Under the pieces are notes generated by a model, which saw only the letters and a list, made by a program, of their open reading frames with translations, was not told where the DNA came from and ran no database searches. A stretch of 62,195 nt of DNA, the filler included, from Platydemus manokwari (Eukaryota), in NCBI GenBank assembly GCA_037951405.1. It is 6 parts of 6 records of this genome, joined end to end, with 100 filler letters (N's around TTAATTAATTAA, not from the genome) between each part and the next. Parts side by side here need not be neighbours in the genome. Positions count along the whole stretch, not along the records: positions 21,675 to 30,730 come from JBBMOY011306650.1; positions 30,831 to 39,861 come from JBBMOY011311428.1; positions 39,962 to 51,326 come from JBBMOY010731093.1; 3 more parts are not named here. The stretch is one strand, 5' to 3'. Below, piece after piece: positions 27,454 through 40,976 of this stretch. Position 1 is the first letter of the stretch, and each line of letters opens with the position of its first letter. A program made the translations under genes and the position numbers.

Positions 27454-28962
27454 ATGGCGAATTTGCATATAATAAATTCAGTTAAAGATTATTATGGTAG
27501 ACAGTTAAAATCTTCAAATGATTTGAAAACGAATGTTTGTACTGTTCAGGCCAAAATGTCTGAATCATTCATTAAGCTTTTATATAATGTCCCTGAAGCT
27601 ATAAAAGAAAAGTTGATATTCTTCATATGAGAATAGAATTTGATTATCAAGCTAGATATTACGGATGTGGATTAATTGAACCTGATTATTTGAAAGATTG
27701 TAACGTTATTGATTTAGGCTGTGGAGCAGGACGAGATTGTTATACATTATCACAAATTATTAAAGAAAATGGATCAATTGTAGGTGTCGATATGACACCA
27801 GAACAAATTGAAATAGCACAGAAATATATCAATGATTTTAGAAATACCGTTGAAGGTACATCTGAAATGAAATTTGTTCTCGGTAATTTAGAAGAACTAG
27901 AATCATGCAACCTTGGACATGATTATTTTGATGTTGCCATGTAAATGGGAAAATTTTCGGCTTGTATAAAGATGATGTAATATTCTTAGATCTAATTGTG
28001 TTTTCAATCTTGTTGCTGATAAAGAAAAAGTTTTCAAAGGCACTTTTGATTTGCTTAAAGTTATTTTTCCATCAGTTAAATGTGTTTAACTTTATTTTGA
28101 TACTCGTTTAGGTAGGTGGCGAGATTTATTTCAGTGACATTTACTCCGATAAAGAGTTGTCGGACGACGCTCGAAATGATTCAGTTTTATATGGTAAAAT
28201 ATCGATTGAGTGTCTCTGCAAGCACTAATAATTGTTGCTGTGGTTCCAGGCGAATGCATTAGTGGAGCTTTGGTCTGGGAAAAATTGTTCCATATTTCCA
28301 AATCTATTGGTTTTGCAACACCTCGATTGGTTCGAAGTGTATCCGTTGATGTTGACGAGAAGTTTCGTCGGAGTATCGAATGTGTTAAGTTTGTTTCGGC
28401 CACATATCGAATGTTCAAAATTAAACATAAAATATCTGAGAAATGGGTTAATGTGAAATACAACGGAGTCGAACCGCTGGTGTTTGATTGGTTCAACACG
28501 TTTCAGGTTACATATTAGTTCTATCAGTCTGTGATTAAATACTGATTTGAATTATTATGATCTTTATAAAGGATGTTTCCATGGTGTGATTTGTATTGAC
28601 TGTGCTCTATAAATTATTCAGTTGCTAAGTTACACGAATGAATATCACCATGACATCATGTATTTATAATCTAAATGTGATAATATAATATAAATGTGAC
28701 TTGATAAATCATTCATATCTTTATTAATTGTAGCCAAACCAAATCAAAAGTGTTGATGGCGAGCTGTACTCGATCTTGACCCAGAGCCGATATAAAAATC
28801 TTTTCGAACGAGATTATTCATTGGTCCAATATAATAAGATTGTTGATGTATTTGTGCTTGTAGTATTTAATTGGCTTAACTTTCTCATTGCAGATCTTTG
28901 CAAATCCTTTCGAGCAAATCGATAGAAATGAGAGAAAATCGTGCAGCTCGAAATGTTGTTGA
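27454..28962 (+). CDS. AS3MT: Arsenite methyltransferase (AS3MT/ArsM), 7 exons
   Basis: Exons 27454-27611, 27656-27940, 27990-28059, 28112-28193, 28250-28506, about 28734-28847 and 28894-28962. Motifs VKDYYG..LKTNVC, YYGCG, SAM-binding IDLGCGAGRDC, GVDMT, ISNCVFNL, GGEIYFSDIY and YGECISGAL; ends SCSSKCC*. All four catalytic Cys positions are present. Confidence 0.95.
28511..28658 (+). ncRNA. Candidate intronic H/ACA box snoRNA
   Basis: Hairpin (28511-28559), ANANNA box aaagga (28568-28573), hairpin closed by catggtg/caccatg (28580-28652), then ACA (28653-28655) plus 3 nt. It lies in the only long intron (227 nt) of AS3MT. Confidence 0.35.
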
Positions 28963-29439
28963 AAAATGGCTCTTGTTCTGGTGTATGCATTTTGTGAAAT
29001 TAATTTCATCGATTTATTGTTATGCTGGATTGTGATTGGTTGTGAATTGAGCCAATATTTGATTGGCTAGTGATTTTTAGAATGTTAATGGTTAGGGTTG
29101 ATTTTTTAATTGATTATTCCGTTGTTATCAAGCAATAAATTATCGATTTATGTTCTACCAATATTTCGTTTATTCCGTTGTTTTGCATAATGATTTTTAG
29201 CTACTTACACGAGAACGTATTTTTTACAATCCTATTAGATTTGCTATAACTTCTTGATGGCATTGCAGTCAGTTGATGATTTTACCTAAATATATATTGT
29301 GTAGTTAAATCGTAATTTGGAAAATATTTGTATGGTAACCCAATAAATTTTCGAAGAATAATGCGTTTAAAATATGTATAAACCTGTATGTGTACAATAT
29401 GTACATTATCTAATAATTGTATAGAAGCTAGATTCAAGA

Positions 29440-30170
29440 AAAAAACCCTTGGGAATCAATCAATGGAACTAACCAGCCATTAGTTCATGCTGCAAATGGA
29501 ATTCAACGGAGATAGGCAAAACAGGCGATTTGAAAGCCCAAACCAAGTATCAGCCACTACAACTCCTATAAGAACTCCAGTGATGGGACTGAAGACATAC
29601 AGAACTATACCACAATGAGCACTTCAAAGATATCTAATAAAAGATTCCGACCGGAAATTCAAGTAATTGATTGTGTCTCACTGTGGGGATATCTAATCAA
29701 ATCAAACATGACTTTGAAGCACCCACCAATCCTCTGGCTTGCTAGAGACCAATCAAGTGCTTATATCTGAAAATATTTCAATTACCGAAGATTACTATTT
29801 CAAGATATACATTGGAGTCCATCATCATTAATATTGTGAAGTTGTTGTGGTTAGAATCTTCGGAGCCTAACCTGCGAATAACAACAGTTCTAAAGAAACT
29901 CGATTTCCAAAATGATCTGGAAGAAATCACTTAGGAATGCATTAAATCAAACATAGGAGTTACATCATTGTAAATCTGTATGCCTAAATCAATCCCCAAT
30001 AATTTATCTCTGACAACGCGACGACTTGATCACAGATTGAAGAAATTTTCGACAAATTTGTGTGATAAAGAATCATCATAGAAGATTGAACAAATCGTGA
30101 TAAGAATTCATGAAAATGATTGATGAATGTCACGCGAACTTGGACCGAGTAGTGCCAATAATACCATGTT
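29440..30170 (+). mobile_element. Highly decayed BEL/Pao-like LTR retrotransposon integrase region
   Basis: Fragments LKHPPIL and P..FISDNATT (about 29995-30027) resemble the Pao KHPIILP and integrase SDNGTNF motifs in the expected order. Many stops. Confidence 0.4.
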
Positions 30171-30730
30171 TATGTAATAAATATTAGTTTTATATTTTCA
30201 ACATTGCTGCCTACTTCAATCAATAGGATGAAATATAATTGTGATAATTTGAATTGATTATACTGGGATCTTAAAGGTGTAATAAATTCTTAATAAATTC
30301 TTTATTTTAATCTATAATCAGAAAGTGATTCATTGATTTATTTGAACTAGAATGATCTCTATATGTAAAATATGTAAATTTATTATGTCCTGAATAATAT
30401 AAATATAATTATAACAGATAATAAATAGATCCATCGATGATTAATGTATCTTGACTGTCGATAATTTTATTATAATTTAGTATTTATGATAGAGTTCTGA
30501 AGAAATTGACTCCTGAAAACGTTTATATTCATGAATTTTTTTATCAACAATGTTTTGATATCATGTATCAAAACCAATATTTGTATCAATATATAGTCTA
30601 TGGCACACTCTGTTATCTTTGAAAATGTATTTTCCTGGAAAAGCTTATATGGTTTAAAATAATAATATTGGGTGTATAACCTTAAAATTTCGATTTGATA
30701 AAAGATGTCGCTGGGAGTATTGCTTGCATA

Positions 30731-30830
30731 NNNNNNNNNNNNNNNNNNNNNNNNNNNNNNNNNNNNNNNNNNNNTTAATTAATTAANNNNNNNNNNNNNN
30801 NNNNNNNNNNNNNNNNNNNNNNNNNNNNNN
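30731..30830. other. Artificial contig-joining linker
   Basis: 44N-TTAATTAATTAA-44N. Confidence 0.97.
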
Positions 30831-33800
30831 AATAATAATAATAATAATAGTAATAATAATGATTATTATAACAATAAAAAGAATAATAATGATCATTTAA
30901 GTTTAGAATTTGTAATTTGTAATTAATATTTAAATAAAATGGGAAAATATAATTATTAAAGTGAATATTTAATTAATATTAAATTTAATAATTAAATTAA
31001 TAGACTGATAGAAAATAAAATTGTAAAAATATTCGAAAAACCAAACCACAAACAGTTGATGATAAAATTATCGTAGAAAGTAATAAAGAACATTAATAAT
31101 TAAAAATTTTTAAAAAAGTTGATAAATAAATTTATCAATAATTAATTACACAAATTACATTCCTCACTTTTGTCATTAATTAATTCACGATTTTTTTTCC
31201 ATTTATCAACAGTTGAACAAGTGTATTGGTCAGTGTGATTTTTAGAGATGGTTTCATTAATATTGGAAATTGTTAAACATTAATCAAAATATCATCACAA
31301 ACAATCCAATAATGAAATCGGAATACAAGCATCAAAACATAAGACAAAAACTCATTCATCAATACCCATCGACGATCTTATCAGTTTCAAATACATAAAA
31401 TTCTTCATCGCGGATCAAAAAATAATATCAAACCGATTTTTAAAAAAAAAAACCAATCGGTCCAGTAAAACAACATCAGTAGTGTTTGACAACATTTGGT
31501 AATTTTATGATCGTGATACAGTCAACGAGACAGATAGAGAGACAGAGAGAGAGAAAAGGCGATAGAGAGATATTGTTCCACGGGAAATATTATAAAAATA
31601 ATAATAAAAAACCTGCCAAACAAAAACAGAAAAAGTCCAAAAAAAAGTTCAATGTTAATTTAAAACACAATTTCAAGTCCACCAATTTCAAGACAATCTG
31701 TAACAGAAAAAAAACATGTAAATGTTAACGATTTTCATATGACATTGAAATAACTTCCATCATTTCATCTAATTAAATTTGGTTATAATTCGTTACAATT
31801 TTAATCCATTTATGCAAAAAGAAATTAAGATGGAAAAAAAATAACTAAAAAATGAAATTTTCATAATGATTATTGTAACCATTTCGTCAATGGAAAAATG
31901 GATTTTTTCTTTACTCGGTTTTGTGAAGACGATTTTTTTTTCGAAAAATCATTCAATTAAAATTGGAAATCTACGAAAGTTTGAATATTTGTAACGGATT
32001 TTTAACTAACTTCTATTAGTGCATATTAATATTAATGGCACACTTTTACTGGCGAATTTTATTGAGGTATTTGGAGCAATTATGATTGGAATATTCCAGA
32101 TACATATCAAAAATATTTCGGGAAATATTGTGGATAAAAATAGTGACACAACAGCTGTATGGAGATGATTGGAAGAATTTCGGACTACTCACAACTTATA
32201 TTGCAATATAATAGAGATATTTTCAATTTTTTTAATATGTTTATCAGAAACCGAATATTTCAGGAATCTAGAGCAAAATAAAAGTATGTCGATTACGATT
32301 AATTGTTACGTAATTGATAATTGAATTAATTCATTATAATTAGAATGTTATGGATTCTGGATATACTTCTGAATATATTTCTGACATACGATCAAAGTAA
32401 AATACTATAAAATTGATAAATTAATAATAAAATAAATAATTATTTTATTTTCTGGAATAACAAATAAATATTTTTCGAATAAGTTCAATGAAACAAAGGC
32501 GCTTAGTTGTCCATTTTAAGATTCTTTTTAGAATTTTGTGCATTTATCATAATCAATATTTCAAATGAGTAAAGCTATCATTTCCAGTTTCAATGAAAAT
32601 ATCTTTTTATTATATATCTAATTATTATATCTTATTATATATCTTTTTATATCTCCTTTAAACCTATTCAAATTTTTTTAAATCGAAAGTAGAAGTCGGA
32701 GAAAAGACAGTCTTTGACGTTTTGAACCTGAATTTGTCGATATTCCTCATCTGTAATCCTGATACTGGTAAATATTAAAAATTACATCCTCATAACTTGT
32801 TTGGCTTAATATGTGGCAACAACTTGAGAAGTGAAAAATAAAGATTTATTGATATAAACATTTCAGAGATACAATAATAACATCATTCTATAAGCGTGTT
32901 GAGAGGAATTTATAAAAAAAAACATATTGAATATAATTTTCAATTTGTATTAAATTTTTGTGGTGCGATAAATTAAAATATGGAATTGTTGGATGAATCT
33001 ATAAATATCTATTTTAATTTATGATTGAACATCTAAACTGGGAATATTTAACTAAGCAAGAAGATCATTATTACATGGCCCTTTCAAGTCACATCATAAC
33101 GATTAACTAAGTTCATTTAAAGGCAATAATTATTCTAATCACTTGCAGAACATAAATTAAATGGATAGAATATTTAGTTAACGGCACTGTTCAGGTTTGC
33201 TCGATAGAAGGAAGATATTTTTTAGATGTATAAAAAGATATATTTATGATCTGTTAAGGACCATAAGGAGAAATCATGTAAAAGAATATTTAAATTTACT
33301 CAAATTTAATATCAAATAGAAATTTGTAGATTCTGTTCAGAATTAATGAGCTCTAACGATTAAGAAATAGTTCGATTGATTCAATACTTGTCTTTGACAA
33401 AAGCTGTGAAATTACGGAGCACAATTAACATGAATTTTTTGTTTATTTTAGAAAGTAAAATTAACTTAGAAAACAAACTACAATGATTGGAAATATATGA
33501 TAAAATGAATACAAATGTCTAACCAGTGGCACTTGACATATGAATTAATAAAACATACAAAACAAATAACAAAACAAAAACTAAACAACTTCAATAGAAA
33601 CTAAAACTTCTTTTTTGAGTGAGTGAATTTTGTAATTCAGCTGATTTCTAGGCCTAGCAAAGCATAATAGTCAAAAATATTGCAACAAGAGCTACCAATT
33701 TAAGTATTATACAAGTCAGTGAGAAGATTAAGGATTTTATATATATATATATAGAGTTAGGTTCAGTTAATGATTATTTAATATAAATGTGATCGAATAT

Positions 33801-36800
33801 CCATTCTCGATTCGTTTAAAATTCTTAAAGTATTTTAAAATTTTGACTTATGTTAAGAAAGGGAGTCCTTTAACTGACTTTTGTAATCATGAATTTTAGA
33901 GCATGAGATAATTTTATAACGTAATTGTATTTAGACCTGCAATGTTTGATTTATTAATATATTTCAGTTAATATTACACATTTTAAGATGTCGTATAAGG
34001 ACAAAACATAGTTCTGAAACCAAGTTTCTATTTTAATCACAACACTTCTATATGATTATTTGAGTTTTTAAATTTAAATTTAAATTATAAATCGAGTTAG
34101 TTAACTACATACGTCTTTAATAATATCATTGCTTATTTTTATAAAATAATTGTAAAACTTTAGAATATCTCTCAATTTGTTTCAAAGGAGGTCATCGCTA
34201 ATTTTCAATAAATTGCAATTCGACATATTTGATAACCTTTTCAAATAATCAAATTTTAAGATTTTTTGAAGCTCTAGTGAATTTAAGATTTGATTTCAAA
34301 TAACTAAAATTATTCCTAAGCAATTAATTAGACAATTCGAAATGTTTTTAAAGAACATAATTAAATAATTTAAATAAATGTTTGAAATACACTTAACAAA
34401 ATTAAAATTTTATTTTAGGACTCCATTTCTTGACTTTAGCCAAAATTTTTAATCACTTTAAGAAAGTTTTCAAATCTCGTTCGTTAGACTGATAGAAAAA
34501 TAGATTATAAAATTTATAAAAACCTTTGAAAAAAACAATTAAAGATACATTGACATTAAGGATATTAATATTATGATAATATGAAGATATTAATATTAAT
34601 ATGAAGATTTCAAACTAAAACAATTAACTTATGAATATAGCTTTAATGATATTTGTATTTAATTAATATTTATAATATTAAATCATAAATAGACTAAGGA
34701 GGAGCTGTAAATTTTAAAATCATAACCAGACTTGGTAAAGTGCATATTTTAAAATTACAAATTTAAAATTTTCAGAATAATATCACTTTAGGTGATTGTC
34801 TTGTTTCATTTTTCGTCCAGGCCAACAGCAAAAAGATTGTTATTATTATTATTAATATACAACTACTAAGTGTTAATAAGCAACTACGCTTGATTTTTAC
34901 TATTACACACAAGTTTATACACAGTACTATACATATTTATATGTGTATGCTTTTCTACACTTGTTACTAATGGTCTATTTCGAAAATGCAGAGCAATCTC
35001 CTTCAACAAACATCATCTCCGTCATATGGTGGAATGGAAAATGCAACATTCCAATGGGAAAACTAACCTTTGAAAGCTACAACTGAAAACAGATAAAGAT
35101 CAAAGTTGGAAAAATTCACAAAATTTCAATTTAAATCTAAAGCTTGATTTATGGAAATAAAAATTTGTAGTCATTAAAAATGATTTTTACGATTTCACTA
35201 TGAACACGAAAAAATAACAAGGAATTTTATGATAAAAAAAACAAACACATTTTTGTCGCATTTTGCAATTAATTATTTTATCATGGAAAATAGTTAATGT
35301 TTCTCTCAAGAAAATACAATCGAATAATAAATAAGAACATGAACAGATCATAAGAATATTAACATACGTTAATTAATCTACAGCAATTAAACGGCACCAT
35401 TAAACTAATAAATTCTAGTCGGGCCTTTCAAATTTCTCTACTTTCCCTGGAAATAAATATCAATATTATATCAAACCAATAAAACGTAACACAATCTAAT
35501 AAAACAGACAATAATAATTAAATATAAATCTTAAAATCAATCGATAATAATCAAACGTAATCATAAAGACAAATGTGAATTCTAATCATATTTAAAACGA
35601 GAAACCAAAAAAAAATCACATCACTCCAAACTACCAATTCTAACGAAAAATACTCACAGAAAACGAATGATTTTCGTCTAATATTTAGATAAATAAAATT
35701 AAAAACCAATCTTATTAAAAGAAACAAAATTTTTGAGGCTTATAAATCTATTAAATAACCCGATAAAACATGGTTTTCTGTCAACACGAGGACAAGTATT
35801 TCTCGAAATGTTTATCAAAGTAAATTAAATTTGATATTTTAATTTATTTATGGTTTTTGGTGCCAAACGATATTAACAATAATAAATTGGATTGAAAACA
35901 TTATTAGAGAGGTGACTGATTGTTTTATATTAGGAAAATGAAAATGCATTTCTATTCATGATTTATAAAAGAATAAAATTAAAATAACTGTTAACATTAT
36001 TTTGAAAAGATTATAATTATCATTGTCGATATGAAACAAAAATAATGTTACAACAATTGTTCGTGATCCAGTGATTTTAAAGATAATGAATGGTAGTGAA
36101 ATGGCTGTGAATTCGAATTAATTAAGTAAATTATTAATCAGGTGTGGTAATAGACTAGCAAGATGATTAGAACGAACAACAAAATTTATAAATCGAAATA
36201 ACTAATGATTCAAATATCAGAATCCCATAATCCTTAAAACAATTAAAATAATTATTAAAATATTGATAATAAATATCCTTCTTCAAATCCTTATAATATT
36301 AAAGGATTCATAGAGTTGAGTAAAATCCAAAAAATAAAATCGAAAACTTAATAAAAAATTTAAAGTAATTTTTCGATGACTGATCCTGAATGAGGATTTT
36401 CAAGATTTTATCAATAATTTATTTGAATATTTTGATTGAAAATACTTTTTCGGTTGAATTAAATTTTTCTTTGCAATTCGTACGTAATGAGATAGTAGCA
36501 TCTAACGACCTCTATAATTATAGGTGTGTGAGAAACACCACTCTTTTGGAATAGTTAGTGGTTCATTTTAAAATAATAAATTTCACGCTTGTTTTTTATA
36601 ATTAAATCAAAAAATTAATTTCAATAATCCTCTAAATGTGTTCTTCAAAAGAAGGCGAGAAATTTCACTTTCGTCACTGACTTATATTATGATAAAATAT
36701 CGATCGAATTTTAAAAATTTGGAATTAGTACTGAGACCAGTCATCACTGAAATAGAGCCAATATTTGATTTTTTTATGCCAGAATATGCAAAATTGTTAT

Positions 36801-37599
36801 TATTATTAAATATATTTTAATTTTTTGTTGTTAAAAATCTTTTTATTAAAATAAATTTAATTTATTATTTTATCTTACTTCCTAGGGGTCGTGAACAAAT
36901 TTTGACTTGTAAAGTGGATTGCAACACAAAAAGCGTGAAGACCACTGCTCTAAAACACTGGTATCAATGTATTAAATATTTAAGATCATTGATAAAATAT
37001 CTAATGGATAAATCAATAAGTAATCGAAATTATTTATCTATAAATGAAAGCATTAATTATTTGTCCTATATTAAAACCTTAATAATGGATTATACTTTGC
37101 ATACTATCGTTTCGTTAACAAAATCAAAACTGAACAAATCAACGATTGACAGAAATAAAAACAAATAAATTATTCAGTATTTTCATCAGATACGATATCC
37201 ATAATTATTGACATCAATATTGTAACAAGAAATTCCCAAATATTTATGAGTGCAAAAATTAATACATCTCTTTCCATCATTTTTATTTACAGAAAAGTAA
37301 ACAAAATTTACAAAATAAAATATAATAATAATAATTACAACTACGTACAAATATTTGATAATTAAATTTTAGATATTTCAGAAAAAAACGAAGAAAATAA
37401 TGTATTATGATGTACCATATTAATGTTCTTTTACGTTATAGATTTTATTAAATAAATATCAAGTTAAATAAATAATCATTATATAAAGAAATAAACAAAA
37501 TTATTATTCGATAACAGAATACTTCAAACTACTACTACAGTAATTTGATCATAAAACAAAATCAAAATAACTACTGAGATCCTCCATATCTAAGTTGAA

Positions 37600-38515
37600 T
37601 CAGAAATGGAGAATGAAGATTGACTGTAGGTATTTGTGAAAAAAACAAAGAAAAGAAAAGAAATACTAACCAAATGGAAATACGCAATGAGCCCGTAGTG
37701 ATAATCTGATAAACTCGTTTTTCATAATTAATTAAATTATTGTTTTTCTCTCCGATAATGAGTAAATTGTTTCAAAATTACATACAATCTTTTTACAATC
37801 AATCCGGTCAACCAAATTTAAACTCTATTTTCAAAGCGATATGAAAATATTTTAAAAATATGAAATTTTATAATATTTCTTTGAAATTAAACGAGCGTTT
37901 ATATTTAACGAAGTGATATTAAACGAGTTTAATGACTAGTAATAAATACAAATGGATTTTCGATGATGTTGGTGACAAACAAGATTGTACTAACTCTATT
38001 CAAATTTATAATTATAAAATTAATAGTATTATAAAAATAGCACTTAAATTAATAATTTGACGCTGATGAGCAACAGGTTTATATCTTATATCTTATAATA
38101 TAAATAAATACCTGCTAGATTAGTATTTTTATTATCCGATCATTCCAATGTTTCTCATTGACATTATAATTCAACTATTATGGTTTTATAATAGAAGTTA
38201 TTTATAATAAAATTATTTTAACTGATTACGAAAATTAACTCATAAAGCACATCACAAGAATGATGATGTTCATACACGAAATTCTCATTGTTTAACAATC
38301 ATGATTTCAAAAGTTTCCCATTAATCTTCGTGACAAATATCATTTTAAACACTTATCTCTCCCCCCACAAAAAATACCGTTTTTAGTCTTTCTAATTGCA
38401 ATTAAAAAATTAATCAAAAATCCTAATGGGATTAGTCAAAATAAATGAAATTACATTTCGCAAATTTTCACCGTCTAAAGACGAGTGAAGCTTGTTCGGA
38501 TTATGTGTGAAATAT
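37600..38515 (-). CDS. Probable last three exons of an unidentified gene (5' part not found)
   Basis: AG/GT-bounded exons 38515-38472, 37705-37671 and 37623-37600 (47-nt final intron with a strong pyrimidine tract) join in phase to YFTHNPNKLHSSLDDYHYGLIAYFHLSIFILHF*. Confidence 0.35.
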
Positions 38516-39861
38516 CTGTTAAGTACAAGTTTCTATTAGAAACTGACAAACGAAAATCCAGAAAAAAAGCCCTGAAAAAACATGCACAAAATACATATTT
38601 ATATAAATATAAATAAATGAAATTTCATTATACATGTGATATATTAGCAAAAAAAGGTATCCAATAAGTCAATGGGTTTGGTTTTTAGCTTATATAAATT
38701 GTTAATGGGGCCCAAATATCGACGGATAATTGCTTGGAAAAAAGTGGAAAATAGGAAATTTATTCGTTAATTATATAAACAAATATATTTTCTAAAAAAA
38801 TATTAAAGAAAAAAAACTTTCTCTGCACAACATCGCAGCTGTTTATATAACAATAACAATGACAAAACAGTTGACATGATCTTGTCTTTTCGATTAAAGC
38901 GGCAGTGGCAAAAAATAAATTAATATTTATATTTCTGATGTGTAGACATGTTTTTATAAATATTTCTGCTCTCCACTTTGATTGCGTTAATGGGATAAGT
39001 AAGAATTATTGGTATCACTGTCGCCTATTGTGACGAATATATATATAGAAAGAACTTTAAAAAAATTATGGATAAATATTTAGCCACTTTTTCACCACCG
39101 ATACGATATTTAGAATTGGTTTCCAATAAATTGGTTATACAAATGGGCTGCCAAACGTTTTTTAACAAATTGCCACAGAGAATAAATATCCTCAATGCAA
39201 TGACTTGTCTAACTAATGTGCATTATATTTGTCATTTTTAATGCCATCATGCATTTTGCATTGTTTCTAAGGTTATTTCAACATTTCCTTATGAATCTAT
39301 TTAAGTAAAAGGAAAATTCATGCTATAATTATTTCTTATGAACTTATTAATTTTAGACTGAAAAATATTTGTCTGATACATCTTATACAACTTTAAATGG
39401 GCATCATTTAAAAACAATATTTTATTTATCGATAATATTTAATTAGGATTAAGGGCGAGACTGTAAACAATAGTTTCGAGTTGTTCAGCATTCCTTCAAC
39501 ATTAAGAGCTACAAAAATTATTCATTGATATAAAATCCCATCAAAAATCACTATTCTTAGTTTTATCGGTAGCAATACAGATTTTTTTTTTCAAAAATTT
39601 GTTTAAATATAATAAATCATTTTTTCCGCTTTTTTCATCGGTATTTACTGATGCTTTATTCAATAAATAAACAACAGTCAGACAATCAATAACGTTTCGG
39701 GAATCATTAATATTTCAGCCAATATATTTACATACGTTTATGGCACACATTCACTAAATCAATCTTAAATTCTAATAATAATTTGAATTAAAATTCTGAA
39801 AATCCAACAAATATTAGTGGTCCCTTTACTATCATAAAGTAATATCGTTAATTGATAGCAT

Positions 39862-39961
39862 NNNNNNNNNNNNNNNNNNNNNNNNNNNNNNNNNNNNNNN
39901 NNNNNTTAATTAATTAANNNNNNNNNNNNNNNNNNNNNNNNNNNNNNNNNNNNNNNNNNNN
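39862..39961. other. Artificial contig-joining linker
   Basis: 44N-TTAATTAATTAA-44N. Confidence 0.97.
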
Positions 39962-40976
39962 AATTCTAATCGCGTTTACTGAACACCTTGTTAGAATTTT
40001 GAAGTTTTTATAAATAATTTTATAAACAATTATTTAAATAAAATAAGCAACAAAAAATTAGATGTAAGTAATTTGATTATTTGGTTAAATATTTATTGTT
40101 TATTGGAATTCTTAAATTCATTTTCAAATAGTATTTTAGAAAATAGAACAGCTTACTTTCATATAGCCTAATAAATTGGTTAGACAAGATGATAACATAA
40201 ATTAATCAACTTAAGCACAATACTTCATATTCAAAATAAATTTGAAACATTATATATTTCATGATTTTGTATCAAACAAGTTTTTCCATACAAACACTTA
40301 ATTAAGAACTTAAGTAAATTTACCTAAGATAAAGTATTCATCTCTTTCAATTTACATTTTGTTCAGATTTGAATTTTCAAGTTAAAGATTAAATTAAAAC
40401 ATTATTCTAAAGCTAAGTACACAATGTATTTTTTTAGAGCTAGCGTATTGAAATGGTATATAAATTGAATTTCTAAATATATCAGCGCAAATCCTTCTCA
40501 AATAAGTAACCACTTAAAATTATAAATTCATATAATTGATAGAAATTTTAAGTTTTCAATCAACTCAGTTAAAATATTAAAATAACTTATTCTACTTATT
40601 ATTCATAAATAGACTAAAATATGATATTATTTAAAACAAGTAATGATCATAGTTCAATATTTAAATACATGTACAATTAATATACATTAATTCTTTATGC
40701 AACACTTCACTTCTGAATTAAATGTTATTTAAGATAAGGAATTATGTTAACCGATTCATAGAGATAATTCAGCTATTTTAATAAAAATTGTTGATAATTT
40801 TAGTTCTATAACCAAAAATATTTTAAAAAATCAATACATTTCAGAATCTTATTTATCGATTTAATTTATCGTACATTTTTAAAAACAACAATAACAAGAT
40901 TCTTCATTTATGTACATTTTATACATAATATTTGGTTTATGAAATGAAATGCAAGAAGAGAAAGATAAGGCAATTT

